Source of the DNA: a cyanobacterium endosymbiont of Rhopalodia gibba | GTDB taxonomy: Bacteria; Cyanobacteriota; Cyanobacteriia; Cyanobacteriales; Microcystaceae | Reading direction: 5' to 3' | DNA: 64,000 bases | Assembly: GCA_045159875.1 (NCBI GenBank) | Contig: CP067995.1 | Location: 2,912,001 to 2,976,000 of the forward strand | Shown: positions 23,700 to 33,361 of the stretch, one piece after another | Numbering within the stretch: the stretch's first letter is position 1 | Layout of the letters: every line of letters begins with the position of its first letter | Position numbers and translations under genes: made by a program | Notes under the pieces: model-generated | What the model was told of the DNA's origin: nothing | Databases searched by the model: none | The model's input: only the letters and a program-made list of their open reading frames with translations

Positions 23700-24070
23700 G
23701 TTACTCTAGCAACATATGTTGCTAGAGTGATTAGTGCCAATGCTACTGTGATCGTTAGAGAAATTGTAAGTCATTGTTGCATTCCGATGTCACTCATCCT
23801 GGTGGCAATATGTACACTATTCGTCATTATGTTGCTTGTACTCGTAATCTTTACTATTATCTCCGCTACTCCACCTATACGATGTTAGCTGGCGATTTCT
23901 TGATCCTTGATGAGCTGGTTCTCAACGCTTTGAAAAAAACTTACAATTCCTTAAGTATATCCATTGCTAGCACTATTCAAGCAATGAGAGAAGTTACTGC
24001 TGCTTTAATTAGTATCTATGCTGGTGAAGAAATGAGTGTTTTTTTCCTACATTGACGTTAGCTTGGGCTA
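23700..24070 (+). pseudogene. apcB: Allophycocyanin beta subunit pseudogene, 5' part missing
   Basis: [14 protein letters not shown], then a frameshift, then [57 protein letters not shown]. Confidence 0.95.
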
Positions 24071-24158
24071 GGGTAACTTAGAATTCACCCTAAACGATTA
24101 GTCACTCGAAAGCCTTTTCCCTAAAAATTCTTTGATCAATTTTGGGAGAATTTTACCT

Positions 24159-24367
24159 ATGCGGATGTTTAAAGTGACAGTCTGCGTTTCCAGATAAATT
24201 GGAGCCGGACTCAACGCTAATTACAGAATACCTAATTTACTAAGTTAGTCCCCCATTATAGTTTAGTTTTGTGAATAACAGTACATTTTTTATTAAAGAC
24301 AAACAGTAGAATTGTTAAGCTAGAATTAGTCACTGATAAGCAAGAGGTTGATAGAAATCTACTGTGA
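24159..24367 (+). pseudogene. apcC: Phycobilisome 7.8 kDa core linker pseudogene
   Basis: ATG MRMFKVTVCV..., RTQR*LQNT*FTKLVP and RIVKLELVT, directly downstream of apcB. Confidence 0.92.
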
Positions 24368-24615
24368 TGGTAAATAGTTATTAATTAAAAGCTATTTATT
24401 AACGAGGATTAGCAAGTCGCTTGAAGATTCTAACTTACTAATCTTCGTTGATTTGATTTAAACAAATGGACAGTTTAGTTTATATGTAGACTAACAGTAG
24501 TTTATTAATGAGAAACTTAAGTTAGTTAACTATTGGAAATAATTGGTCAAAACGATTAATACTTGATTCTAGTTACAATATTTTATACGTAACGTAACAC
24601 ATAATTGATTCTCAT

Positions 24616-24659
24616 AATTAGTTGTGCTACTTTTTGCGCAAAAAGTAGCACAACTAATT
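24616..24659. repeat. 44-bp perfect palindrome with no loop
   Basis: aattagttgtgctactttttgc|gcaaaaagtagcacaactaatt. Confidence 0.98.
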
Positions 24660-25266
24660 TACTGGCATATCCTAATTTTACTTAGAAGTGTCATTGTCAA
24701 ATAGTCCATAGTAAAAAACATAAATTTAACTAAAATAGGGTATTTAGTCAACTAAACTGGATTAGTTAAAACTTTAAAACTTATTTTATACATTTAAGAA
24801 TGGTTTTAATTTTTAAAATAGCTCCTATCTTAGACAAAAAGACCACAAGAATAAAAGAAATTTAATTTTTTTAAAAAAATAATTCAAATAATAAATTTTC
24901 CATTCTATTGGTAAAGTTAAATTTGAATAAATCTAGTCCTAAATGTGATTATTTTATGCGGAAAAAAGTAAATTACAGAATGATAATAATCAATCATATA
25001 AACTTTTAGAAAAATCTTGCAATACTGTAAATTTTTCTCCAATCATAGAGTGTCTCAGTACAGAGTACTATGCTAATAATTGTTATTAATAAAATATGTA
25101 TGATAGCATAGTATAAGTATTTTTGATTAAAAATAAACATAATTTTCTTAAATCGGTTTACTTAAATTGTTATTAACAACAAGTTTCTTATAGAAAGCAT
25201 TCACTTTTATTTAAATTTTTTTTAAAAGACTATTGTTAATAACAATTTTAAAAAAAGTTATAATTT

Positions 25267-25311
25267 TTCTCCCGATCTCCCGATCTCTCAATCCCTCACT
25301 ATCCTCTCCGA
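25267..25311. repeat. Short degenerate tandem repeat (ctcccgat-like), cyanobacterial STRR style
   Basis: ctcccgat ctcccgat ctctcaat ccctcactat cctctccgat. Confidence 0.5.
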
Positions 25312-25369
25312 TTTTCCCAAGAGATGACAAGATGAGTTATTTTATGGAAAGTTGGTTGTGAGGTAATCC

Positions 25370-27154
25370 TTGTTCAAAATGCAATTGTCTCAACGTTGGG
25401 TTGATCACTTACCGAGATCAGCAGACTGGTTATTATTAGGGTTATGGGTAGTTATTGGGTCTATTCTCAGGTTTACCAAATTAAGTGCTAAGCCTCCCTG
25501 GACAGATGAATTTGCTACCATGGTGTTTAGTTTGGGAAATGATTTCACCTCAGTTCCTCTTAATCAGGTAATTTCGATTGATGCTTTGTTACAACCCCTA
25601 AAATTTAATCCTAATGCAAACATTGGAGATGTTATTTCATTACTATTGCAAGAAGATAATCATCCTCCTCTGTATTTTGTGTTAGTACATTTATGGGTAA
25701 AATTATTTCCCCCATTGGGAGAATACGTAGATGTTTGGGTGATGCGATCACTTTCTGCTTTATTAGGAATTTTATCGATTCCAGCAATTTATTTTTTAGG
25801 AAAAATTGCTTTCCGTTCCCAACGAGTCGGACAAATTAGTGCAGCTTTAATGGCAGTTTCTCCCTATGGGATTTTTCTCGCACAAGAAGCTCGCCACTAC
25901 ACATTAGCAATTCTTTTTGTAATTTTTTCTTTGCTTTGTTTTGTATATTCAATTAATATTTTTTTCACAAAAAAAATATTACCTTTGTGGTTAGTTATTG
26001 CTTGGATATTTATTAATGGAATTGGATTGTCAGTTCACTATTTTTTTGGAATAACTTTGTTATCGGAAGGAATGACGGTAATATTTTTAATTTATCGTCA
26101 TTATCAACAAAAAAATAATTATCTGTCTTTTATGTCACGAAATTTAATCCGTATTATATTGGTTTTTATAGGAGCAATTTCGGCTGGATTGACTTGGATA
26201 GCGGTTATTATTCCTAAAGGATATGGGAATGGCATGATTACCTGGGTTCATCCAATTAGCCATATTTTATATATGATTAGTCCTCCATTCCAACTGTTAG
26301 CAGTTTGGGTTCCCATGATATCTTTGCTGCCCGTTGAATCTTCTTCCCTAGCCATTGTTATTTTATCGAGTTTAATCTTATTACTCTTTTTTATTTGGTT
26401 CATTCCTTATATTAAAAAAGGAATCCAAGAAGGATTAAAATATTCAGACTGTTACTTGTCAACAAAGGGGTTGATAGGTTTTATTCTTAGTGCAATTGCT
26501 ATTTTTTTAGGAATTACTTATATTGTCGGATTGGATATTACCCGTGGTGCAAGATACAGTTTTGTTTATTTTCCAGCTGTAATCGTTTTAGTTGCTGTAA
26601 GTCTTGCTATTTTCTGGAATGAATCTAACTTTGATAATTCAATAGTTAAAGAAAAATACCGAATATTATTTGATCCTACTTATTTATTAACGATTATCTA
26701 TAGTAAACTTAATAGTAACGGGAAATTCGCTGTTTATGCTGTTTGGTTCATGGGGTTGGTAGGAGCAATTACGGTATTAGTTAATTTAGGATATCAAAAA
26801 TATTATCTTCCTGATCGCCTAATTTCAGTCATTAAAGACACGGCTTCTAGCCCGGTTTTGATTGCGACAACTCATAGAAATCTAGTCCAAACAGGGGAAA
26901 CTATGGGAATTGCTCTAGAACTACAACGACGTTCAGAGCTGCAAGATACTTTATTTTTATTGGTTCACCAAGAACAATCGAAATCCTCTGAAGCAACAGA
27001 AAATTTAACACAAGTAGTTAGCAAAATTAGCTACCCTATTGAAGTTTGGACAGTTAATTTCCAGGCTCCCATTGACTTAAAACAATGTGTTGTTGATCAA
27101 AAAAAGTTTCCTCAAGTTAATGGTTATGGTTATCAACGGTATACTTGTCAATGA
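25370..27154 (+). CDS. GT39/PMT_2-family membrane glycosyltransferase
   Basis: PWTDEFAT, EDNHPPLYF, MRSLSALLG and AQEARHYTL motifs; many TM segments. Confidence 0.88.
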   Translation: MFKMQLSQRWVDHLPRSADWLLLGLWVVIGSILRFTKLSAKPPWTDEFATMVFSLGNDFTSVPLNQVISIDALLQPLKFNPNANIGDVISLLLQEDNHPPLYFVLVHLWVKLFPPLGEYVDVWVMRSLSALLGILSIPAIYFLGKIAFRSQRVGQISAALMAVSPYGIFLAQEARHYTLAILFVIFSLLCFVYSINIFFTKKILPLWLVIAWIFINGIGLSVHYFFGITLLSEGMTVIFLIYRHYQQKNNYLSFMSRNLIRIILVFIGAISAGLTWIAVIIPKGYGNGMITWVHPISHILYMISPPFQLLAVWVPMISLLPVESSSLAIVILSSLILLLFFIWFIPYIKKGIQEGLKYSDCYLSTKGLIGFILSAIAIFLGITYIVGLDITRGARYSFVYFPAVIVLVAVSLAIFWNESNFDNSIVKEKYRILFDPTYLLTIIYSKLNSNGKFAVYAVWFMGLVGAITVLVNLGYQKYYLPDRLISVIKDTASSPVLIATTHRNLVQTGETMGIALELQRRSELQDTLFLLVHQEQSKSSEATENLTQVVSKISYPIEVWTVNFQAPIDLKQCVVDQKKFPQVNGYGYQRYTCQ

Positions 27155-27169
27155 TTACTATTAAAAGTA

Positions 27170-27770
27170 ATCTGAATTTATTTGGAAAACAAATATGATA
27201 GCCGTTATAAATCCTAATTTATTCCTGACGTCAAAATTCTTCAAGTAATCGTGTAACAGTCACTCGGGTTGTTTCCATCGCACTATCTAAATTTTGATGG
27301 GTTAAACGAACCCTCAAGTGAATTTCTTGTCCCCTGGATTCTCCCATTTTTTACTGAAGTAAATATTAATAATTTTTATAATTTTTCTTCAACTTTTTCC
27401 CTTCCTGCAATGGCTAATAACGCTTGTATTTGTCTGACACTTATCTGACACGTGCTACTACTCTCTTTAATATCTTTTAAGCTAGTCCAGGCGACGTTTT
27501 AATTTTAATCGGTACCATCTCATATAAACTTCTAGTTAAGCTTTAGCTTAATCAGAAGTTTATATGGGTTAACCATAATTTTAAAAAAGGTAGATAATTG
27601 AGCCCAACCTAATCAAATCTATTTCTCTTTACTAGAGGTTTGACTCAATTGAACAATCCTTTTATATACTCGCTATACGTCTTTAAATACCATCGTAATT
27701 TCTTTACCGCGAATAAATAAAAACGTGTCCTGTATCTTTAATTTCTCTGATTGGAGGACGGAAGTCAAAT
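27170..27770 (-). pseudogene. Crp/Fnr-family transcriptional regulator pseudogene
   Basis: Minus strand reads IVQLS..., LGWAQ, QALLAIAGREKVEEKL and HLRVRLTHQNLDSAMETTRVTVTRLL (Crp HTH), with stops and frameshifts. Confidence 0.88.
27521..27566. repeat. 46-bp near-perfect palindrome inside the Crp pseudogene
   Basis: catataaacttctagttaagct tt agcttaatcagaagtttatatg: 22-bp arms with 2 mismatches. Confidence 0.95.
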
Positions 27771-27857
27771 AAATTTATCGCTAAGTAGGTAGCATAAGCT
27801 TAAAAGTATTATCGCTGTTCTAAAGCAATAATTAATTGATTAATCTAAGTTCTTTAA

Positions 27858-27885
27858 GTTAACTTTTGAATGATCAAAAGTTAAC
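27858..27885. repeat. 28-bp hairpin
   Basis: gttaacttttga atga tcaaaagttaac: 12-bp perfect arms. Confidence 0.85.
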
Positions 27886-29033
27886 AACCTTAACAGAAGA
27901 TAAAATAGAAAGTCCTTAATCTTAGCGATTGTAGTAGTTACACAGGGAACTGGACTAATTAGGTTGGGTTTAAACTAAACTTGGCACACACCGATTTGTC
28001 CATTACAGTTCCTATCTATATTCATTTCTATGATACTCTTATCCTCTGCTTGGGAAACATAAATAGTCGGACATCAATTAACAATCTATATATAAAAAAT
28101 TTCAAAAAAACAGGCTAAATATTAATTTATATCAATAAAGATGCGAATTTTTTTAGTAAAATAAACTTTAAAATTTTTTGTTTAATTTTCAGTTAATTAT
28201 TTTTTTAAATTTTCTAATTCTTAAGAAGAAATTTCTCCACTTTTAAACAATTTTATCGTGAGCATAATTTAATAGTTTCCATCACTAATTCTAAATTTTA
28301 TCTAATTCTAAAAAATAAATAGATAAATAAAAAAAATATATAAATATCACTTTTTTTATTTTTAATTTTATTTTTTATTACGTTACTAATATAAATATTG
28401 TCTTAATATTTAAGTATCATTATTTTCCAAAAATTCTTTAATCTCTCTTTAACTTTATCAGATTATTAGTGGATTAACTTAACACATAAGTCTTTACCAA
28501 AAGACTTACTTTAACTACAGTGGACTATTTAAATATTTTTTTAACAATCATATATTTTCATTTTATAAAATTATCTTTCTATATATAGTTTTTTGTTATA
28601 AGTCAACAAAAAGCACGAGTATAATATTTTTTTCTTTATTTTTTTGATTTTCTTGGAACATAGAGCAATTCTTGTACTCGTTGTTTTTATTACTATTTTT
28701 AGCTATTTCTAGAAACTCCTGTAGTATTCTTTCAGGAATTTATTTTACATTTCTTTATTTTTAAAATCTCATCAAGTCGTTGTCTATTATAAGTTTTTTT
28801 ATCTTGATATAAGAGCTTTTTAATATATTTTATACTTTATTCTTTTTACTACTTAGAGAGGTTTACGTTTTCTTGACTAGGCATTGTTTTTATAATTGTA
28901 TTTCCTCATCAATAGTTCTACTTAATTTATTTTTTAACTTTTAATTTTTTTTATTTTCTCAGAATATTTTTACTGTTATATTTTTTCTATAGGTAACTTT
29001 TAATTTTTGAGCTGACTGCAATAGTTGTTATCT

Positions 29034-29080
29034 TACTAATTATATTAGTCTGCTTTTTAAGCAGGCTAATATAATTAGTA
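29034..29080. repeat. 47-bp near-perfect palindrome
   Basis: tactaattatattagtctgctt ttt aagcaggctaatataattagta: 22-bp arms with 1 mismatch. Confidence 0.95.
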
Positions 29081-29374
29081 TATTCTTCTGTTTATTAATT
29101 TTTAATTTACACTTATTCAAAATCGTTTATTTAGAGATATCAATATGGTAAAGAATATAAAAAAGAACCATATTTTTTCTCTAAGAAGTGAGACATCTCC
29201 TACCTTTAAAATCAAGATTTGATAGTGGAAAACTTTAAAATTTTACTATTGCGTGGTCTCGTAGGTAGAAAACATCCATTTCAGCATCAGCGAATGTATG
29301 TAGTTTACAAAAAATGTTGAAAGCAATCAATTAAGGCGATAAGTCGTGTACCATCTATTCTTCAGATCACTCGT

Positions 29375-29998
29375 TTAGGTAATTAGGGTACATGACGAGT
29401 AGGCACGCCAAACTCCTACCAAAACCCCTTGAATTTCTACTTCGGAAGTTTTAAGTTCCATCGGTTTATACTGAGAATCTGATGGTTTAAGTAATACCTT
29501 TTCACCATTTTGATAGAATCGTTTTAGAGTTGTTCCATGACCTTGAACAATGGCAGCTACAATTTCTCCATCTTTGGGGTGTTCATCTCTAGATAAGGAT
29601 CGCATGATAGCTAAATCGCCTTCGGTGATTAAATCTCCGATCATGCTGTCTCCTATAATCTGTAACCCATAGTAATTTTTCTGCTCAGTGATTTCAGATA
29701 AATCTAATTTAGTTTGCTCATCGGCATGGAGTTCAACTAATGTGCCAGCCGTAATCGCTCCTACAATAGGAATACCCTTGGGTTTAGGACGTAAAATTTG
29801 AATTGTACGGGCTTTGCCTTCTATCCAATCGATATAACCTTTATTTCGTAATTTTTCTAGACGACTCTGAACAGGAGCTGGTGATCGTAAATGCATAGCG
29901 TGCATCATCTGGCGGATAGAAGGAGCATACTGGGTTTTGTCAATATACTCAACTAACCAGTCGAATAGTTCTTGTTGGGCAGGAGTTAAAGATTCCAT
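29375..29998 (-). CDS. lexA: LexA repressor
   Basis: LTPAQQELFDWL..YI, PSIRQM, SPAPVQSRL, GAITAG, GDSMIG and TTLKRF motifs. Confidence 0.96.
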   Translation of the reverse strand: MESLTPAQQELFDWLVEYIDKTQYAPSIRQMMHAMHLRSPAPVQSRLEKLRNKGYIDWIEGKARTIQILRPKPKGIPIVGAITAGTLVELHADEQTKLDLSEITEQKNYYGLQIIGDSMIGDLITEGDLAIMRSLSRDEHPKDGEIVAAIVQGHGTTLKRFYQNGEKVLLKPSDSQYKPMELKTSEVEIQGVLVGVWRAYSSCTLIT

Positions 29999-30099
29999 AA
30001 GTTTTAACGAGAACGGAAATAGTTATAAATTAAAGGTAAGATTTTTACCTCTTTTGTCAACGAACATAAGTACTATGATAAACCTATTTTATCTTTTGT

Positions 30100-30690
30100 T
30101 TAATTTTCATGATTTTCTTCTGATACTGACTACAGACAAGCCAAAGTTTTCGGGATATCGGTCGTGATGTTATAGTTGACAGATAACAAAGTCAAAAACT
30201 GGAATCGTGAAGTATTGGAATCCTTGAAATATTTCTTCGGCATATTTCAAGAATGAAAATTTTTTAGTAAAACGGGGAAGACAGTAATACCACCGCGATT
30301 AACAGCTCGACCTGTCTTGACAAATCCTAATTTAAGATAAATTAGCACAGCATAGTTAGTTGAGCTAGCAGTAATTCTTTCTAAGACATAACTTTTAGCA
30401 TGATTACAATAGTATCTTCGTAATTTTTTGCCATCGATAGTTTTTTTACAAAAAAGAGTAAGATATGATTGTTTTGATTTATCTTGAAAATTCCGATTAA
30501 TTCAGTGTTTATTTTGTATAATTTCATTTTATACCCGCCGTCCGGTCTTTTTCTTAAGGAACTATAGGCAATAAATTCAAGAAAATTATCACATCCTTGA
30601 ACTGTTATTTTAGTTAACTTCTTTTCAGAAAATATTTGTTTGATTAATTGATGAATATCTAAGAGATCAGCCTGAGTTGCTAAGTCAATT
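30100..30690 (-). pseudogene. GNAT acetyltransferase pseudogene
   Basis: Minus strand reads FLEFIAYSSLRKR...ELIGIF...LTLFVKK...ITASSTNYAVLIYLKLGFVKTG, with frameshifts and stops. Confidence 0.7.
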
Positions 30691-30701
30691 GATGGAATAA
30701 A

Positions 30702-32291
30702 TTACCAGTCATCCTCCTCTAGAGTAGCTTTTTGTTTTATAGATGCTAGAGTAAATTTCTCTTCGTCCTCTTCCCAAGTTGATGTTAAAGGTTCTACTAC
30801 CTTAGCAATAGCGTCGGTAACAAATCTTTTGACAAATTCATCCTTACGACTCAGTTCAAATTGACGTTGTACAACTTCGGTAATTCCTCCATCCCCCCAG
30901 TCTTGATCGTGACGAAAATATTCAACAAAACTTTTTCCAGCAATACGGGTTAAATAAGCAGCTGTGACTCCTTGAATTGCTTTCCCAACTAAATAAGTAG
31001 TTACATTTAATTGTAGGGCTTTACTTAACAAATCCAAAGCTCCTTTGACTATTCCTAAACTTACTAAAGTTTTTCCTAAAGAAATGGCCAATTCCTTCCC
31101 GCGATCACTATTTAATTCACAGCCATAGATTTGTCCAATTTCAATTACCATTTGGGCATTAACTGCCGCCATTGCCAACATATCAACTACCGGTAAAGGA
31201 GTAATAGAAATAACCCCGGCACCAATCCATCGATAACGATCTATTATTTTATCTGCCTGTTGTCGTCTTTGACGATCAATCATTTTTCTGGCTTCTTCCC
31301 CCAGACGTTGAGATTGCAACAAAATATTATCAGCAATTAAATCTTCTCCCTCTGCTCTTAAAACCACAACAAGACGCTTAATTAGGGGGATAATTTCTGG
31401 TTCTGGCTCAACCATTTCCTTGGTTTCTAATAGAAATGATTGAGGCTTAGCGGCTACTGCAATAATATCTAAAGGGGAAATTAATCCTTTAACTTTTTGT
31501 TGTAACTGCTTCATCAGAAGTGTCAGTTCTTTTTTGGGATAAAGATCAATTTTATTTAAAATTAATAATGATCGTTTACCAATATTGACTAAAGTTTGTA
31601 GGGGGTCATATTCCGATTGACGTAAATCATTATCTACCACAAATAACAATAAATCTGCTTCTGTCGCTAATTTTCGTGCCAACTGTTCTCGTTCAGTTCC
31701 TTCTACTCCTACTTCCAAAATTCCTGGGGTATCTGTGATTAAGATATCTCTAGGAACTGCTGGTAGCTTAAGGGAATAGGTCTCCCCCATTTTAGTAGTC
31801 CCGAGAGTGGCTTCTACATTGCCCACCATTTCCCCAATTAAGGCATTAACTAGAGATGTTTTTCCCGCCGATCCTGTACCAAAAACTACAACTTGTAAAT
31901 CGCCTTTAGCCAAGCTAGTTTCGATTTTACGAGAACGACTCAATAACGCTTTTTGAGTGACTTTATCTTGGATCTGTTGTACTTGGCGGCGTACTGCTTT
32001 AAGGGTTTCATGTGCCGCTTCAGTTTTTTGTTCAGGGAGTTTAGGACGAGACCGTTCTTGACGACGAGTAAAGAAAAACTTACCAGAGACAGCTAAGTTA
32101 AAATAATAAATAAAAGCGTAGATTAACAAACCCAAAAGACAAATAATCAGGAAAATTAATAGGTTACCTAGTAAAGGCGCTGTAAAAGAGAATTGAATAT
32201 AAAGACGATAAATTGAATTGATTAACCATATAATCAATCCGAGAATTATACTCAAACCAATGATCAAAAATAACAGACGGGGCAGAGGCAT
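30702..32291 (-). CDS. YcjF/DUF697-type membrane-anchored GTP-binding protein
   Basis: Two N-terminal TM segments, GTGSAGKTS, DTPG and NKID motifs, C-terminal DUF697-like region (PLPVVDM). Confidence 0.88.
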   Translation of the reverse strand: MPLPRLLFLIIGLSIILGLIIWLINSIYRLYIQFSFTAPLLGNLLIFLIICLLGLLIYAFIYYFNLAVSGKFFFTRRQERSRPKLPEQKTEAAHETLKAVRRQVQQIQDKVTQKALLSRSRKIETSLAKGDLQVVVFGTGSAGKTSLVNALIGEMVGNVEATLGTTKMGETYSLKLPAVPRDILITDTPGILEVGVEGTEREQLARKLATEADLLLFVVDNDLRQSEYDPLQTLVNIGKRSLLILNKIDLYPKKELTLLMKQLQQKVKGLISPLDIIAVAAKPQSFLLETKEMVEPEPEIIPLIKRLVVVLRAEGEDLIADNILLQSQRLGEEARKMIDRQRRQQADKIIDRYRWIGAGVISITPLPVVDMLAMAAVNAQMVIEIGQIYGCELNSDRGKELAISLGKTLVSLGIVKGALDLLSKALQLNVTTYLVGKAIQGVTAAYLTRIAGKSFVEYFRHDQDWGDGGITEVVQRQFELSRKDEFVKRFVTDAIAKVVEPLTSTWEEDEEKFTLASIKQKATLEEDDW

Positions 32292-32857
32292 GGAGAGAGG
32301 GGGAGAAAGTGGGAGAGGGGAAAAGAGAAAGAGTCTGCTTTGACATGGTATGTCTCTTGCCTTATTGTTACTAGCTGCGTTGTCTGAGGGTTTCTAGGTA
32401 GAAAAACAGAGATAATTGATAACATTCGAGGCTCAGCTATAACACACAGACTAGATGGAAGATAAAAGTCACTCTAATCCAAGCTAAAAAGAACAAGGAT
32501 GGATGACCCCCGTGGGCAAGGTAAGTTCCCAAACCCATTATGGCAGTAGGCGGAATAACAAAAATGATCGCCCTGACTTAAAATATCTCCATACGAGGTA
32601 ATTTTCGGTAGTTATTCTTGGCTAGCTTTGCCTTATCCAACACCAGGTCAAGGCAAATTGTTCATTAGCCATTGTAACCACTTATTTGTCTACATTAGCC
32701 GTAAAAATTATGACGGAAAGAATTACAAGCAAAGGCTTCTATACAATGCTAAAGCAGAAATTTTGCTATGATGACAAATAGAGCAAGTGTAGACGTTGTA
32801 ATAAATTAGGGGGTTTAAATAGTTTTCCATTGAGCAATAAAAAAATAATCAATATCA

Positions 32858-33361
32858 TTATGCTAAATTATGCGGCGTCTTCTGAGAGCTTAAGGAAAGA
32901 TTAGATGTCACTTGTTGAAGTTGTTTTTGAATCATATTTTCTATTTTTTCTCGCTGAATTTCAATCCCTTGTGTCTTATTATTTGGGTTATCCATAAGAA
33001 TAATGCTATCAACTTGACGAATAGCAAACATTTGAAAGAAAAGATGAGTTATCGGTAAAGAAACAATATCAATAGGGAGATTAACACTACTGGGATCTAC
33101 GGTGTATTGAAAATTGCGGGCATCCTGACGATTAACAAAACCATATACCACTCGCTTTGTTATTTGAGGTTGTTTGCGGTTATTAATGGTCGTAATGATC
33201 CAATGACGATCACTCGTATGTAAAACAAAATAGTCTGTCTGTTTGTGTTGACTAGCAAAGAATTTGAGTACTGGGTTGACGGCTTGTTCCATAATCTCTA
33301 CAGACACGCCATATTCAGGAGCGTCATAAGCGAGAATTTTTAGTTGTTTTTCTATATTCAT
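32858..33361 (-). CDS. Conserved cyanobacterial hypothetical protein
   Basis: Intact 167-aa ORF with protein-like composition (DAPEYGVS..IMEQAVNPVLK). Confidence 0.75.
   Translation of the reverse strand: MNIEKQLKILAYDAPEYGVSVEIMEQAVNPVLKFFASQHKQTDYFVLHTSDRHWIITTINNRKQPQITKRVVYGFVNRQDARNFQYTVDPSSVNLPIDIVSLPITHLFFQMFAIRQVDSIILMDNPNNKTQGIEIQREKIENMIQKQLQQVTSNLSLSSQKTPHNLA

Noticed and set aside
32370..32790. Decayed membrane-protein-like remnant (VRAIIFVIPPTAIMGLGTYLAHG)
   Set aside because: Probably a pseudogene, but I cannot assign a family.
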